In this document: one piece after another, positions 60,589 to 64,000 of the stretch
Position numbering within the stretch: the first letter of the stretch is position 1
Layout: every line of letters starts with the position of its first letter
From: Desulfosoma sp.
Lineage (GTDB): Bacteria > Desulfobacterota > Syntrophobacteria > Syntrophobacterales > DSM-9756
DNA: 64,000 bases
Reading direction: 5' to 3'
NCBI GenBank assembly: GCA_037481835.1
Contig: JBBFKW010000016.1
Coordinates: 1-64,000, forward strand
The notes under the pieces: generated by a model
Databases searched by the model: none
The model's input: the letters and a program-made list of their open reading frames with translations, nothing else
Told to the model about the DNA's origin: nothing
Made by a program: the position numbers and the translations under genes

Positions 60589-61131
60589 ATGCCCGCACCC
60601 GCCGATGCCCCTCGCAGCCAGTTTACCTGGTGCCCTAAGGAAGAACGTTTCATCCCGCTGCTGCGGTGCCTCACGTGCCGGCCGCCGTGCGCCGCTTCGG
60701 CGGCGGCGGTAGCCGAGCCCAACGCGGCCCTGTGGGTGGCGGCGGGGAAAATCAAGGAGGCCTACACGATGAAGCCCAAGGTCCGTGCCCAGGAAACCCG
60801 CGAAGAAAGCCCTGCGCGCTTCTTTCTCGTGGAAGACGGCACGCTGCGCGATCTGAACCCGGACGAGTACAGCCCCGCCACCGTTTACGAGGCGTTGGGG
60901 AGCTACGGTGTGGAGCGCCGTTTCGTCAAGCCCGAGGAAAAAGGGGATCTCGTCTTTGAAGGGAAAAAGCCGCCGAAGCAAACGGTTCCCGTCCTCGTTT
61001 TGAAAAACGGCACCGCGGCTGTGCTCTCCTCGTGGGACGAACTGATATCCAACCCGGAAAGGCTTTCCGAAGCGAAGGAAGTCCGGGTCGCCCGCGCCGT
61101 CAAGCAGGTTTTCGTCCTCAAGGCCCTGTGA
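60589..61131 (+). CDS. Hypothetical protein with N-terminal Cys cluster
   Basis: 180-aa ORF abutting the PC4 gene, with WCP..RCLTCRPPC. Confidence 0.6.
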   Translation: MPAPADAPRSQFTWCPKEERFIPLLRCLTCRPPCAASAAAVAEPNAALWVAAGKIKEAYTMKPKVRAQETREESPARFFLVEDGTLRDLNPDEYSPATVYEALGSYGVERRFVKPEEKGDLVFEGKKPPKQTVPVLVLKNGTAAVLSSWDELISNPERLSEAKEVRVARAVKQVFVLKAL

Positions 61132-61182
61132 TCTGGCCGTCGGCCGCCCGTGGCGCCATGGGCCTTAAGGTTCAATAAAACC

Positions 61183-61213
61183 GTAGGTTGGGGTACGCTT
61201 CGCTCACCCCAAC
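61183..61213 (+). repeat. REP-like element (GTAG foot plus palindrome)
   Basis: GTAG GTTGGGGT acgcttcgctc ACCCCAAC. Confidence 0.5.
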
Positions 61214-61481
61214 GCCATTCCAGGCGCAGCCACCCCCAACGTCATTCCAAGGGCCAACGCCTCCAACCTCACCCCCCAAGGCAAAGGGGCTGCCCCGAGC
61301 CCACCCCCTTCCCTCGGCGCGGCCTGTCGCCCCCGTCAAGCCGCGTCCGTTCTATCGACAATCCCGATGGAAAGTGTCTTTGGCGATCGCCTTTCCATTG
61401 CCTTCCGGGTCCTGAATGCTCTATTTTCTCTTCAATGGCCCATCAGGGCATCATGGGGACTCACAAAGAAGGAGGAAGGTT

Positions 61482-61832
61482 ATGGCCAATTTCCTTTTTG
61501 TGCTCAGTCGAGACGACCACGAACCCGCCACGCGCTGTTTCCAGTTGGCGAAAATCGCCCATTCCCAGGGGCACAAGGTGGATGTGTTTCTCATCGACGG
61601 AGGGGTTCGTTGGGCGGACACCACTCGGGACTACACGGTCAAGACGGCCACCGGCGATTGCGTTCAGGACTACCTCCCCTATCTGGTGGACAACGAGATT
61701 CCCATCTATGTCTGAATTCCCTGCGCTCGAGCCCGTCAGGTTGACGAGGCGAAGTTTTATTCCAACATGGCCCTGGAAGGCGGCCCATTGCTCATTAAGC
61801 TCGCCGCCGAAGCTAAGGTGTTCAACTTCTAG
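61482..61832 (+). CDS. DsrE-family selenoprotein (UxxC), 116 aa
   Basis: RBS GGAGG. DsrE-like VDVFLIDGGV. An in-frame TGA at 61713-61715 gives IYV-U-IPCARARQV, and the frame stays open to TAG at 61830-61832. Confidence 0.8.
61731..61750 (+). promoter_or_regulatory. Candidate SECIS hairpin
   Basis: GCCCGTCA-GGT-TGACG(A)GGC, a stem with a G-containing apical loop starting 16 nt after the UGA. Confidence 0.65.
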
Positions 61833-61839
61833 GGGTATC

Positions 61840-62550
61840 CTAAAACCCCAAATAGGCCTCGCGCACTTTCGGGTCTTTCTCCAGCTCTCGGCTTGATCCG
61901 TGCCGGACGATGCGCCCGCTTTCGATAACGTAGCCGTAGTGGGCGATCCGAAGGGTCTGGTGGACGTTTTGTTCCACGAGAAAGATCGTAAGGCCCATGG
62001 CGTTCAATTCTTGAATCACCCGAAAAACCTCGTGAACCAGGATGGGGGCCAGCCCCAGGCTTGGTTCATCGAACAGGACCAGGGTGGGGTCCTGCATGAG
62101 TCCTCTGCCGATGGCGAGCATTTGCTGCTCGCCTCCGGAGAGGGTTTCGGCGATCTGGTTACGCCTTTCGGCGAGCCGTGGGAAAAGATCATAGACGCGC
62201 CTGAGGTTTTGGGCGCGTTTTTCTTTGGCGCGCTTCAGGTAGGCGCCGAGGATGAGGTTCTCTTCCACGGTCATCTTGGGGAAGAGCTGGCGGCCTTCGG
62301 GAATGAGGGTGATGCCCTGGGCGACAACCTCGTGCACGGGCATGCCACTGATGCGGCGGTTTTCATAGCGGATCTCGCCGGAACTTACAGGCAGCAGGCC
62401 GCAAATGGTCTTGAGCGTCGTGGTTTTTCCGGCCCCGTTGGCCCCGATCAGGGCGATGATCTGGCGTTCTTGGACATCAAGTGTCATGTCCCACAGGGCC
62501 TGCACATCACCGTAATGGGCCGAGACGTCTTGGAGATGAAGGAGGTTCAT
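61840..62550 (-). CDS. livF: Branched-chain amino acid ABC transporter ATPase
   Basis: GANGAGKTT, LSGGEQQML, DEPSLGLAP motifs. Confidence 0.9.
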   Translation of the reverse strand: MNLLHLQDVSAHYGDVQALWDMTLDVQERQIIALIGANGAGKTTTLKTICGLLPVSSGEIRYENRRISGMPVHEVVAQGITLIPEGRQLFPKMTVEENLILGAYLKRAKEKRAQNLRRVYDLFPRLAERRNQIAETLSGGEQQMLAIGRGLMQDPTLVLFDEPSLGLAPILVHEVFRVIQELNAMGLTIFLVEQNVHQTLRIAHYGYVIESGRIVRHGSSRELEKDPKVREAYLGF

Positions 62551-63272
62551 GCGACGGATTCTCCCAGGTAGGCTTCGATGACAGCGGGATTTTGGGCCAC
62601 TTCCTCTGGAGCGCCTTCGGCGATCTTTTGGCCGTAGTTCAGGACCACCACCCGGTCGCTGATGTTCATGATGACGCGCATGATGTGTTCCACGATGATG
62701 ATGGTGAGACCACGGGCTCGCAGGCTGAGAATGAGCTGCACCGTGCGGTCGGCTTCTGTGGGGTTGAGCCCCGCGACGACTTCGTCGAGCAGGAGCAGGG
62801 ACGGTTCCAAGGCCAAAGCCTTGCTGATTTCCAGGCGCTTTCTGCCGGCAAGGGTGAGGGTTGAGGCCTGATCCCGAGCTCTGTCCGCCAAACCCGTAAA
62901 TTCCAAAATGTCCCACGCATGACGCTCCGCATCCTGCCGGCGGGGGTGCTTGAGCAAGGCCGCTACCACAACATTGTCCAAGACCGTCAACCCGGTGAAG
63001 GGCTTGACGATCTGGAAGGTCCGCCCGATGCCGAGCCGCGCCAGGTTATACGGAGGCAGGCCCGTGATGTCCTGTTCGCGAAAAAAGACTCGCCCCAGCG
63101 TGGGCCTGTAGTAACCGCTGATGAGATTGAACAAGGTGGTTTTCCCGGCGCCGTTGGGCCCGATGAGGCCGAGAATTTCCTGGGGAGCAACCGTGAAACT
63201 GACAGCCTCCACGGCGTGCAGACCGCCGAAGACTTTGGAGACGGAATCCACGCGAAGCATGGGCTCAGCCAT
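62547..63272 (-). CDS. livG: Branched-chain amino acid ABC transporter ATPase
   Basis: GPNGAGKTT, RTFQ, LDEVVAGLN, VIEAYLG motifs. Confidence 0.9.
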   Translation of the reverse strand: MAEPMLRVDSVSKVFGGLHAVEAVSFTVAPQEILGLIGPNGAGKTTLFNLISGYYRPTLGRVFFREQDITGLPPYNLARLGIGRTFQIVKPFTGLTVLDNVVVAALLKHPRRQDAERHAWDILEFTGLADRARDQASTLTLAGRKRLEISKALALEPSLLLLDEVVAGLNPTEADRTVQLILSLRARGLTIIIVEHIMRVIMNISDRVVVLNYGQKIAEGAPEEVAQNPAVIEAYLGESVA

Positions 63273-64000
63273 TGGGAACCTCCGAGGCCTTCTTCTTGGT
63301 ATCCGGTTGGGGGGCTTCCGTGGGGACGAGCGGCCTTTTGGCGGTTCGGCTCAGGATCGAGCCCCATAGGCCGTCGGGAAGGAAGACCACACTGAACGCG
63401 ATGAGGGCTCCGAGGATGATGAGATACAGAACCTGGTAGTCGGAAAGATAGGCCCAGAAGTAGGTCTTGAAAGAAAAGAGGACAATGGAGCCGAGAACGG
63501 GGCCGATCAAGGTACCCAGTCCTCCGAAGACAGCCATGACCACGGCCTGGTCGGTGATGATGTCTCCCAGGGTGGAGGCGGGGTCGATGTAGGTGATCCA
63601 GTACGCGTAGATTCCTCCGATGATCCCCGCCGGGCACGCAGACAGGATAAAGGCTTGGATTTTGATACGGGCGGGGTTGAGACCCAGCGCCATGGCTCCG
63701 GCTTCATTTTCCCGAATGGCTTTCAGTTTGAGTCCGAATGGGGCTGTTTCCAGGAGATACCACAGAAGAAAGAAAACGGCCGCCGTGACCGACAACATGG
63801 CGTAGTAGAAAAATTGGGGATGCAGGAACGGCGGCAGCCGCATGCCGTCGGGCCCTCCGGTGATTTCCAAAATCAAAGCCACCTGTTGGACCGCTCGGGC
63901 CAGCGCCCACGTGGCGATGGCAAAATAAGCCCCTTTGAGGCGCAGGGTGGGGATTCCCGCGATGAAAGCCGCCACCGCGGCCACCAGGCCTCCCGCCGCC
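63265..64000 (-). CDS. livM: Branched-chain amino acid ABC transporter permease (5'-truncated by window edge)
   Basis: LRLKGAYFAIAT, AIRENEAGA..LG, GGLGTLIGPVLG motifs. Confidence 0.88.
   Translation of the reverse strand, partial: AAGGLVAAVAAFIAGIPTLRLKGAYFAIATWALARAVQQVALILEITGGPDGMRLPPFLHPQFFYYAMLSVTAAVFFLLWYLLETAPFGLKLKAIRENEAGAMALGLNPARIKIQAFILSACPAGIIGGIYAYWITYIDPASTLGDIITDQAVVMAVFGGLGTLIGPVLGSIVLFSFKTYFWAYLSDYQVLYLIILGALIAFSVVFLPDGLWGSILSRTAKRPLVPTEAPQPDTKKKASEVPNG

Overview
The window is bacterial and GC-rich. Gene content suggests an anaerobic deltaproteobacterium of the Desulfobacterota/Syntrophobacterales type, which is an inference. It has three blocks. (1) 1-14.8 kb, + strand: a complex I-like operon (nuoABCDHIJK, an Mrp-like antiporter cassette in place of nuoL, then nuoM and nuoN) with no nuoE/F. 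It is followed by a cytoplasmic selenocysteine formate dehydrogenase with a NuoG-like N-terminus and preceded by a probable Rex box. (2) 14.8-36.2 kb, all - strand: a mosaic, partly decayed defence island next to tRNA-Thr(CGT). It holds an intact four-gene cassette (RecQ-PRTase, DprA-2xwHTH, ABC-type ATPase, PD-(D/E)xK-like protein) bracketed by a ~680 bp direct duplication of DUF488 pseudogenes. It also holds an intact DUF499/DUF3780/DUF1156/PLD-SNF2 'restriction-like' anti-phage system, a Fic gene inside a broken type I RM locus, a type IIG/DISARM-like methylase fragment, an IS3 scar and a 99-bp MITE. (3) 36.3-64 kb: mostly core genes, including ridA, glycosyltransferases with a phosphoesterase and kinase, proBA, nadD, rsfS, serA, ispE-tRNA-Gln-prs-rplY-pth, hppA, carD, rluD and liv ABC genes. 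This block also contains a UGA-interrupted DsrE-family selenoprotein that the ORF track truncates, a Prs with degenerate catalytic motifs and a structured proB-proA spacer. All family assignments come from motif recognition by eye; no searches were run.
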